From positions 4,005,347 to 4,069,346 of the forward strand of contig BCIN01000001.1 in the NCBI GenBank assembly GCA_039545335.1: a stretch of 64,000 nucleotides of DNA, in the 5' to 3' direction. The DNA comes from Kondoa subrosea (taxonomy: Eukaryota). Positions 53,901-64,000 of the stretch are shown here, in pieces. The position numbers and the translations under genes are program-made. The stretch's first letter is position 1; the number at the start of each line of letters is the position of its first letter. Below the pieces are notes generated by a model. It was given only the letters and a program-made list of their open reading frames with translations. It ran no database searches and was not told the origin of the DNA.

Positions 53901-55513
53901 TCTTTCCAACCAACCATCTCCCTGAATTCAGCCCAAAGTTCTTTGTCCGGACCCAAGAAAAGCTGAACTCTGGCTACTAGAGCTGGTAAATCAAGAACAT
54001 CTTGAGTGAAGAGATTGAGCAGTTTGAGAAACTCGTGATAGGTGGTCTTGTCATTGACGAATCTGGAAACTCTATCGAAAAAGGCTAGCTCTTCTGTTGT
54101 TGCTATAGCTCGTTGAGATGCAGAAGCGGTAGGTGGTGGGCCCGCTGTTTGAGTTGGACCAGCTTGAGGTCGAGATCGTTCTGACGAAGTAGGTGCTTGT
54201 TCAGGAGCATTGGTCTGTGAGTATCGTGCTTGCTGGTTTTTCTTCCATTCTTGCTCTGCAGCAACTTCTTCAGCAGACTTCTCGTTTGCTTTCTTCTTGC
54301 CTTTTGGTTTAGAAGTTACAGCTGTATCCATTAGAGGAGGTTGTGGAGGAGGAGCAACAGTCCGACTCTTCTTTGCCCGGGGTGCGCTTTCTTCCGATCG
54401 ACCTTTAGTTGATGCAGCAGGCCTTTTTCTACCTACAACTGGCGCAGGTGGTTCAGGTGCAGCGCTAGCTTGATTGATCACACCCATCAGACCAATCGTT
54501 CCTGCTGTGTATCTGTTATTGCCTTGAGCTGGCAAAGGAGTATCGGGTAAGAAAGCTTGGAAGCCTTCTAGAAGATCGGGACATCCAGCAAACAGCTTAT
54601 TGACTTCTTGATGGACCTGTCACATGGTTGGCTCATGTCAGTCACAGTTAACGCCTGCGTGCAAGTTATCACCAACCTCTTGGATTGACTTTCTCTCGAT
54701 TTGGTAACCGTGCAGAATATTCAGGAATTTGGAGTAGGTAGCATTATTATCCTCAGAGAAGCGTTTCTTGATCTGATTGACATAGTCAACGGCTTGATTG
54801 AACTCCGGAGGAGCAGGTAAAGCTTTTGAGCCAGGAACGGGTTGAACAAGATAATTCGTTTTAGCTACTTGCTGGTGTTGTTCGGGAGTCAAGACTTGAC
54901 CTTGAGGTTTAGGTAGTTCTCGAACATCAATGATAGCGGGTTTGGTCTTAGCGCTCGCGACCAACAAAGGATCGGACGACGAATCTATTCGCCTGATGAC
55001 GCCAGGCGAGCAGAGAACTAGAAAGCCATCTGGACATTCGGCGTTAGGTGCGTAGCATTCTATTCGATAGCCAGGAGGTAAGAAAGTATTGAAGCCTTGT
55101 ATCAAGCTGAGTCGGCCTTTGAACAGTGCGACAACTCTATTGATAACAGTGGGCGTTTCGATGATGTTCGTTTTGAAGTCTGCATCCCATCGTTCAGCCT
55201 TCGTGAGCGTAGTCCAAACAGCGAAGCCAAACCTTTCATGATATCCAGAAACTGGTTATACACCTCGGGCGAGGCCATAAACTGAGACTTGACTTCATCC
55301 AGGTAGCTCAAAGCATCCTTGACGTTCAAAGGTGGCTTAATTTGAGTGTTGGCAGCTGTTTCAAGCATTGTGAGCAAACCCGCGCGCAATCAAAGCTCGG
55401 AAGCATGGCATACGAAATTGGCTCGAGGAGCTGCCTGGATTTGGACCACCACAATACAAAGGGGCTTGAGCTTGCTGCTGCTGTTGCTGCGAGCTAGGAC
55501 CAGGCGCTGACAT
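50910..55513 (-). CDS. SIN3: Sin3 transcriptional corepressor (PAH domains, HDAC-interaction domain)
   Basis: [91 protein letters not shown]. Confidence 0.96.
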
Positions 55514-55714
55514 GGTTCCTTTCTTCGAGCACAACGATGCGTCGGCTGTTTATCCACTGGAAATTGTCTCTGACAAAATTCGCAAGTTCAAGCAAAGTCA
55601 AAAGTGAAGATTGCGTAAAGCACTGAAAAGAGTATTATCAGAATGCATACAAGATTTGTACTATGTGTTTTAGGTATTAAGCGCTATGTACACAAAGTTT
55701 GACCTGGAGCCTTT

Positions 55715-58700
55715 TCACTGACGAACGGCAGCTTCTTGAGGGACATAAGAAGTTTGGTACTCCTTTGGATGACCACCAGCAACTTCAGGTGCAGTGTGCT
55801 GACCCAGACTGACTTGACGAGCGACATCGTTTGAGTACGATGTAGTTCTTTCTTGAGGCAGAGTGTTCATTGGTCCAGCGGGACTGCTAAGGCGTTTAGT
55901 ACCGTCATCGAACTATCTAAGATTGTCGCACTCACTCATATCCAGTTTCTCCTCTTTGCATGGGGAATCGTTGAACTCCAGCGGCAGATTTAGAGTAGCT
56001 GTAAGTAGGTTGAACGGAAGCTGGTCTAGAAGTAGCTCTTGATCCTTGTTCTACTACAGGTTGCTGAACTACTTGCTGAGGTGCTGCTGTCTCTCTCCAT
56101 TGCAAAGGAGGTTCGACAGGTGAAGTAGCTACTCCAGCTGTAGAAACGCTTTGACGACGATTTTCAATATCTCCTTCTCTGACTGCTGGTGACCCGCCGT
56201 GATAAACGACATCTTGGCCAATCTTCTCATGAGCTACCACTCGACCGGGGTGATCGGAATAAGCGAGCTCTTGGGGTGGAACAACTTCACCAACTGGTGC
56301 GTCGACAACGCTACGCCTATTGCTTCGAACAGACTGAGGCTTGTGCAAGACATTCGGAGTGTGAGTGCGTTCGGCCACAACAGGAGTAGCAGTGACAGGT
56401 GGCTGACGAACAAGAGTGCTATCGCGAGACAAAGCAGAATTGCGGAGAGTGTTTTGTCTAGAGACGAAAGACTCGTCCATAGAGCGGGACATTGTCGAGT
56501 TGCGAGTGTTGCGACGCTTAGGCTTTTCGGCTGAGAAAGGATGGAGAGGTAGAGACTTGCGTCTGCTGACCTTTTGCTGCTTCTCTTCAAATCGACGTTG
56601 GCGGTAACCAGGAGGATCATGTTCCCAAGGACTCATAGGCAAGAAATGAGTCTTTCGAGGCTTGTCCTTCTTTTGCCAGATTGGGTTCGCGGGCATAAAT
56701 TTGCTGCTTTTAGTTGCCTTGCCAGAAGAGAACACTATGCACATATTCTTAGCTATCATTCAATATATAGAAGTCAAAGGACATACGTGGGTTATCAGGA
56801 ATGACGGATCGACGAGAAACTGATGTTCGCATGGTTCCAGTTCGAGACTTGACACTCAAATGTCTTCCCAAAGGTCTCCTTTCCGCAGGTGCATCATACT
56901 CGGGTTCAGTATGGTATTGCACAGCATCGACGACTTGAACATGATGAGGTGCTTCGTGATATTGGACTGCATCGACCACTGCTGCATCGCGAGGTTCTTC
57001 CCTAATGGATCGAACCGATCGAGGAACGGGTGAGCCATGAGGTGTGACCTCAGCTCGTTGATTGTCAAGACCAACTGGAGCGCCAGCGGTCGAGCGAATA
57101 CTGCGACGACCAGAATTGGACGCAGGTGGAGCAGGTTGATTGTAAGCGGCAGTTGGATCTGTCAGTGCCAGCAAAAAGAAGATCAGTTTCATCTGAGTAT
57201 CTTTATATTAGCTTGACCGACCTGGGACACCAGCCATGCTATCAAAGATGTTTGAACGACGAGACTCGTTTCTGGTCATTGCTGGCTGACTTTGATTGAC
57301 CGGAGCCAAATTACCGAAAGTAGCGACGGCAGAAGGTGTTCTAGAGGGACCCCGTTGGCCAACAGGTTCGCCTAATCCAACATTGGTAGGAGTAACCAAA
57401 GCTTTTTGCTGAGGATATTGACCTTGGACTTGACCATAACCCAAATTCTGCTGTTGAGGCATAAAGTTGTTTTGAGGTGGTGCGAATTGCTGTTGTTGAT
57501 GAGGTTGGAAACCACTAGCAGCAGCGTAGCCTCTATCGTCACCATCCGACCGGTGAGCAGCCAAAGAGCCAATTCCAGCTCCGGCTGTACCAGCAGCCAA
57601 CAATTTCCCTTTCCCATCCTTCTCACGCAAAGAAGTGGAAGATCTATTAGCTGACGGGCGAGCATTGGTGCCATCGTCCTTAAATCGAGTTTGACGTTGC
57701 TGAGATTCAGATCGAGCCATTTCTTCCATTGCTGGAGCAGAGACCAGAACACTATCGCGAGGAGTAGCTTGGCCGCTAATAGAGCCCGCTACCGAGTTTT
57801 GAGCATAGAAGGGTTCGTTCGATTCCAATGCTGAGCGAGAAACGGGAATAGTAGCTCTTGGAACCATGTCCAGTTCTTTCTCTTGAGTGGAGGTGAAAGA
57901 AGCATTGCGAAGACCGAGTTTGGCCCTGTTGTAGTACTCTTCAGGTGAAAGTTCGGGTTCTCTTTCTTCTGTCAAATGTGGGTTGGGTTCTGAAGCCGCT
58001 GGAACTCGAAGGTTGGCTGGCTCCACGGTACGAGAGTTGGCTTCATGCTCAGCGCGTTCGCGATCTTCAGTACTGGGTTTTGGCGTAGGCTTCCAGTCAG
58101 ATCCACCAACGGGAACAGGTATTCTGTTACTGTTCGAGCGCTGAATGTCCTTTTGGACAGGCTGGGCACCAACAGCTGAAAGAGAGGGAGTTTGCTGATG
58201 AAGAGGAATCTTGGTGTCTTCGACAACTGGAGCAGTTGCTTCTTGCTTGTTCAATTCTGAAGTTTGCCGAGTAGACTGTGCAGCAGGAACGACTGTGTTT
58301 TGAGGAAGGACTTCAGTAGAGCGAGCGCTATCTCCAGGCTTGACATGGAGAGAAGGGTCGTTCCAATGACCTGGAACTGAACCTTTAATTGACTTGAGGT
58401 AGTTTGTAGGCATAGGAATGCTGTCGGCAAGACTTCTTTCGTCTGTAAGGCGACGACGTAGTGCATCTTCAGGACCAACAGCTGGGAACTTTTCAGTAGT
58501 GGCTCCTTCCGGTATGCCAGTGTCCAAAAATTGCTGATCGACAACGTCAGCCGAGGCGGAAGCAACACCACTGGTAGGTCTGCTTTCTCCAATAGCGCTA
58601 TGCCTGACACCTTCGACATTCTTGTTGCGGATTTGGTTATCTTCGGAAGATGTGTTCGGATTCAAGAGAGAAGATTTGTGGAGACCTTCAGCAGCTTCAG

Positions 58701-59350
58701 AAGACTTTCCATGCTCTTGCTGGTATGCTGTTGCAGCTGAATCGCTTGTACCTGACTGTGCCTGAGTATTGACATGAGAAGTAGACGATTCGCCTAATGG
58801 AGCATCCTTGACGGCAACATGAGAAGCATGAGAAACTTCGGGATATTCTGGTCTAGAGGCAGGAGTAGATTCCGGTAGATCTTCAGCAAAGCGAGAGCCT
58901 GAGGGTTTTGTGACAGGATCGTCCTGAGAGTAAACGCTTGAAGCTTTGCTGGTTCCACCTGGTATCAGGTTTTCAGGCATCAAATGGACCTGTATGGCTT
59001 GATCAGTTCCTGTTATAGCACAAGATGATTGCACACACTGGAAATCCACCGCCTGTAGTCGAAGTCTGCGCTGTTTGAGCCATGTCTGTTTTCGGAAGAT
59101 TGCGACCAGCTGCTTCCAGAGGACCTTCTGAACGGTCGTAAGCTCTCGGAGTAGCTGAGCCTGTTGATTCTGCGATGGACGGTGTTACTGGGTAAGCACC
59201 GAGGATACTGTTTGCAATGGCTTGACCGATCAGTTTACTGGGCATGACATGATGTATTTACAGCCCGAAGAGGACTCACGAGGGAGTAGGCAAAGTTTGC
59301 AGTGAGCTTGCAGTGTTGGTTCGGGAGTAAGGGATTGGATCTGCTGTCAT
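55715..59350 (-). CDS. Large low-complexity hypothetical protein (over 1000 aa, predicted disordered)
   Basis: Long ORFs 57208-59049, 56749-57192 and 55932-56759 linked by short introns. 5' end uncertain; may extend upstream of 59350. Confidence 0.7.
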
Positions 59351-60143
59351 TCGAGGCCAGCAGTGTCTCAGGGATAAAAAAGGCAATAATCCTAACTTGT
59401 CGTGAGCAACTTTAAGGAACAAATTGTCAACGTCATCTTGCGCCACAGTGCAGCTTCAATTGTCAGGATATACAGACTGCAAGCTGATTGCATGTAGCTA
59501 CCTGCATTCTCTGCCAATTCACCGAGGGTTCTGATAGGCCATGCATCTTTCCGCAATCAAATTGCTTGGAATCTGCATCGCTGCATCTCCTGCAGATGAT
59601 TTGACCCGTTCTCTTGTTGTTTGCTTTATATCTTTCTCAGCCTTTCGCTCTCCTTTTGGCCTCAAGATTCCTCATTATGTCTCTCTGCTTGAGTCTCGTT
59701 TGCTGAAGCCGCTCCCTGTATGAGAGCCTTCTTTTCCTGATCTACGCCCTGTAATATGACCATTCTACTTCCATCCTACAAATTGAGCACCGCCATGACA
59801 AATCAAGTAATGCACACATGATGGACTCTCGCCCGCCAGTGTCCGGTCTTGCTTATCTCTCTAACACCACGAGTACTCTACCTCTCTATCGATTTGTTGA
59901 CTCTCGCTCTCTTGCACTCCGCCTTTCTAGAAAGGCGAAGTCATCCGACAGTAAAAGCAGTGCAAACGAAAGAACCTCTTACATCTTCTTCGCCTCTGTT
60001 TGCTCAGCAGTGCAAGTGCATCTTGATCTGAAAAGAAAGAAAAACATCTCTGTTCCTTCGAACGATCAATTTTGACTGTCATTCGCCAATTGTAGGCTTT
60101 TTCTATCACTTTGCCGAAATAAAAGCTGATCTGTGGGAGATAG

Positions 60144-60509
60144 ATGGCCTATATTATGCCCATGCAGCAACAACCAATACAAATGGTTCAACCTGTCCAA
60201 CCAATAATGCAACAGCCAGTCATAGTACAGCAATCACCTTATCCTGTTCAGATGCCATTACCAGGATATGGTGCCGGATATCATTCACCGTATCAGTATG
60301 TCAAAGTCTTCTCTACATATGCAGACATACACTGAGCTGATTCTCAACAGTAGCGCCCATGAAATCCTGAGGCATGACCATCATGGACGCAGCTACTGGG
60401 ACCGCAAAGTGAGCTTTGTCATTCTCACTGCTATCTTCCTCCTCAATTCTAGTCATAGACTGCTCATGATGAAATCTTGGAAGAAAGACTTTGCTGTATA
60501 GTCAGTTGA
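60144..60509 (+). CDS. 86-aa Gln/Pro-rich protein ending in a CaaX box (LCCIVS*)
   Basis: Exons 60144-60295, 60351-60408 and 60459-60509 with GT-AG introns of 55 and 50 nt. Confidence 0.72.
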
Positions 60510-60607
60510 TGCGGGTTTAGGGGGAAAATTAAAATCTTTCGATTAGTCATGATAGTCCTAGGGTTTCAGTTATGTGCAGAGCATGTATACATATGACTGT
60601 GATCTAA

Positions 60608-62166
60608 TCATCTTCTGGTCCCTTTGAGATCTTCTTCAGTAACGAATTCTTGCTGCATCAAATGATCCCTCTGTTCTTTCCCACTTCTTGAACCACCTAA
60701 ATCGATCTCTCTGCCTTCGAACCCCCATTTCTTAGCCAAGATAGGATCTAACTTCCCTTCGATCAAATCCACGACGTATTGACCCAAAACTGGCTGAAAT
60801 TTGTAGCCATGTCCTGATCCACCTGTAGCGTAATAGACATTGTGATGTTTAGGATGCTGAGCGATGAGGAAATCCGAATTGACTGTATCGGTATAGAAGC
60901 AGATTCCTGTATTACCAGTATATAAGCATCTGGACCGATCCGGAAGGAATATTTCAACGCACGCGTCCAAGCAACTTCTCGATCTGCCAGATCGGGATAG
61001 AAGTAGCGCACAGCTTCACGTAGTTGTAAAAGATCTCGCTTTGGTATAGGTGCTTTCTCTAACGGCTCGTTTCCATTGGTCTTTGGCACAGAAATATCTT
61101 TATCGTCCGGTATGTGAAGGTAGCCTTGGGGAGAGATCAGCTCGCTTGCAGCAGTAAGAGGTTGGGTAACATACCTGGTGCATGGAATACACATTTTACC
61201 TCACCCGAAGCAGTGGGAGCTTGTACAATGAAGATGTCAGCCCAATTAAAGCTGCGTACCGAAAAGACATACGAAACATGTAATAGCCTGTGTTTGCCCA
61301 TATGATTACAGGAATGTGCTCATAGAGCTTCCTGCTAGCCTATACATACATTGTCAGCCTGCGTATACGAAGACTTGGCTAGCTCACTTCATCAAGCTGA
61401 ATGGTCATAATGCATTGGGCACTAGCGGTCAGGAAGCCTTTTGGAGTTGCCAGTGAGGTATTGTGCAACAATTGTTCTGACCAAGCTCCGGCTGCCAAAA
61501 CCAATAAGTCGGCAGAGTAGGTTGTCCCTTCTGCTGTGTTGACACCCAAGATATGACCCGCTTCTTCCAAGATTTGAGTCACCTTTTGACCAGCTATAAC
61601 TTTGCCTCCCAGATCAACGACCCTTTGAATCATCAACCTCAAAGCTTCGCCAGACTCACACCAACCAGCTTCCTGATTGACATATGAGAAGTTGTCCTCG
61701 TAGATCTTAGGAAGGATTTCGGCAGCAGGGAAGACTTGACGCATAGTTGCATCGGAATTAACAATAGTATTAGCGAGACCTAGATCTTTGACATTTCTAT
61801 GTTCAGCACTGCTTTAGCGATTCAGCAATCATGATGAAGTCATGAGACACACTTGTAAGCCAACTCGTGATTCTCGTAGCCCTTTGGTGCAACGCATAGC
61901 AATCCACTTTCATGATATAGCCCTTTCCATTCAGGTTTTCGGAATTCCAAGATCGCATCTTTCGCCAGTTTCGCATAGATGGGATCAGAGTAATCAGAAC
62001 GACAGATTTTGTTGATATCTGTCGTTGCTGCATCTGGAGCAGGAAGGGTAGCGGATCGATCCAGAACGGTTACATTTTCATAACCTCGCTTGAGCAAGTG
62101 ATAGGCTGTGGAGATACCATAGCAGCCTGCACCAATGATGAGGACAGATGGCTTCTTTTGGGCCAT
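60608..62166 (-). CDS. Sarcosine/pipecolate/fructosyl-amine oxidase family flavoenzyme
   Basis: LIIGAGCYG, DAATTDINKICRSDY, LAAGAWS, RICFYTD (covalent FAD Cys position), GGSGHGYKFQPVLG. Confidence 0.9.
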
Positions 62167-62529
62167 TCTGAGGACAAAAGATTGATTGGACGGCGAACAG
62201 GATTGAGGAGAAGTACTTCAGTTCAAAAGTGTGATGTAGCGGAGTTCGAAAGAGCGGTGCTTGAGTTTGTGGACACAAGTGACCGAAGTCCGACACAGCA
62301 GCAGAGAAGAGGCACGGAAATTGACGAGCACAGCTACAGCTTCCGTTCGATGACTTGAGAAGAGAATAAGAAAGGGAGAAAGAAACGCAAATAATCAGAC
62401 GCTGGATCATGGTAGCCGTAGTAGAACACACGTAGCAAGCTTGAAGCATCAACGATAGGAAGTCATGAAAGCCACGTTGCTCTTGAGCACAATCTTGTCA
62501 TTCAACGCCGAATCTCTCTGGCCTCAGAT

Positions 62530-62959
62530 ATGGTATGCTACTTCGCGCGATGTCTGGGGGAAGTGACTAGAGCTGATCTTTTCACGCAAAGTCGTCAACT
62601 GGGAACAAGGCGATTTCTTAAATAATATGCGAAAGTGTCGCGCTGAATAAAGGCAAACAACAGGCTACACCGCTACGAGTGCGCAAGAAGAATGAGCTGT
62701 ATGCGAAGCGGGCGCGAGATGGAAAGACAGGCGTAGCTCCAATCAAGCAAATCACTGGCTCGCGTCTACCTCCTTGGGTCTTGTAAGTTTCGCTTACTGT
62801 AGCTCATCATCATTTCAGCTCATGGTCTCGTTCCGTAGATACGTTGTCGGCTTCGTAGTGTTTGGAGGTGTTTTCTTGGAGATGCTGAGGTAGAGCCTCT
62901 AAGCTGTCATGACATGTAGCTGCTGACTATACCTGTCATGCAGGTTGATCTTCCTATAA
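62530..62959 (+). CDS. RAMP4/SERP1/Ysy6 tail-anchored ER protein
   Basis: Spliced M(SSTGNK)ATPLRVRKKNELYAKR...PWVLYVVGFVVFGGVFLEMLRLIFL*. Absent from the ORF track. Confidence 0.85.
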
Positions 62960-63066
62960 TTGAAGCGAAGGAAAAGGACATGGTCGGTATATCATGGTTT
63001 TGAGCATATCCCCATTTGCATTGCACCCAAAAGTTCAGAATTTGTACATCTTTTTCAAAGTTCCCA

Positions 63067-64000
63067 TTACTCGATATCATCAACTCTGTTCCAGTATGTC
63101 ATCAGCAATTACTCACTACCCCGTATGTAAAGGAAAAAGGACTCACGGAATAACGACTGTATCTGCTGCAGTAATGTTTCTTGCCGGGTTCCAGACCTGA
63201 AGCACATTATCTTCCGCAACACTAGCCAAAGTCCATTTAGCGTTTTGATTCCAGCTGAGATCAGTGATGATGTCTGTGTGACCGCCATGCATAAACATCA
63301 GTTCAGGCGGACCATCTTCAGCATCTTCTGGCGTTTGCTCTAATCCGATTGAAGCCATGTTCCAGACATTAATGCGACGATCATTGGAACCAGAAGCAAA
63401 GACTGTTGCGTTGTGAGGTGAGAAAGATACTTGAAGAACTTCGTCTTGATGAGAATGGAAAGTGTGCATTTCTTTCTTCATGTTTCGCATGTCCCATAAT
63501 CGAATGGTCTGTCAGCGTATAGTGAGCCTTCATCAGCTTACTGAAGTATGGCAAGAACCGACCTTGTCCGAAGAACCGGTAAGAAGGATGTTCTTGTCTG
63601 CAGGACTGAAAGCAACGGTGTTGACTTCCGCATCATGCGCCTCAATGTCAACCGTGGGTTTTACTGTTGAACCAGCATTGCCTCTCGTGTCCCATCTGAA
63701 TAGACAGGTCAGTATTTCCAAAAGACAGCGCAAGGAGGCACGTACATCAGCAGTCTTTTGTCGTCTCCGACCGAAGCGAAAAGTTCTGAACTAAATGAAT
63801 GCCATGCGACGTCCTATTTCTAAAGTAAGTGTCAGAAGCTTAGTAAAGGAGTCCAGCATACCTCTACATTCGCTGTGTGACTCTTGTAAACTCCAAGCGG
63901 TTCCATTACTGAGTTGGCTTTTGAATAAGCATTCACATCCCTGTATGCATAATCTAGTTATGAGCAAATGGGAATTGCCCAAGCCAATTGAGCGCACCAA
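63067..64000 (-). CDS. WD40 histone-binding protein, RBBP4/Msi1/Hat2 family (3' part; 5' end outside window)
   Basis: AHDAEVNTVAFSP, HQDEVLQVSFSPH, EQTPEDAEDGPPELMFMHGGHT, SVAEDNVLQVW. Confidence 0.93.

Overview
Gene-dense, intron-rich fungal nuclear DNA with many ~45-60 nt spliceosomal introns and microexons. It is most consistent with a basidiomycete; Pucciniomycotina is an inference (GDP-mannose 4,6-dehydratase, gene style), not proven. I reconstructed about 30 multi-exon protein genes by joining ORF fragments across introns: METTL4-like MT-A70 methyltransferase, Laa2/DUF5102-like, VID27, VAC14, two tandem CFEM GPI proteins, FAD monooxygenase, BolA2, Tda3-like oxidoreductase, Na+/H+ antiporter, GMD, an SDR, a predicted 7-TM protein, stomatin, PPC decarboxylase, XAP5, PPP4R2, QCR6, an LRR-like protein, FBXO21-like, GUF1, MAD2, importin-13-like, SIN3, a sarcosine/fructosyl-amine oxidase, RAMP4, a partial RBBP4-like WD40 gene, and several orphans. 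I recognised no transposon, rRNA, tRNA or CRISPR. The best candidates for something new are: (1) stacked regulatory oddities on the CoA-pathway PPC decarboxylase gene (a uORF whose stop overlaps the start, a 274-nt structured intron with a possible poison exon, a GC-AG intron, a 17-bp tandem duplication); (2) a hidden 86-aa CaaX protein; (3) an orphan 7-TM GPCR-like protein; (4) a structured Sm-site-like element between XAP5 and PPP4R2; (5) a CFEM pair retaining the heme-ligand Asp. Gene boundaries and family calls were made by eye, without database searches.
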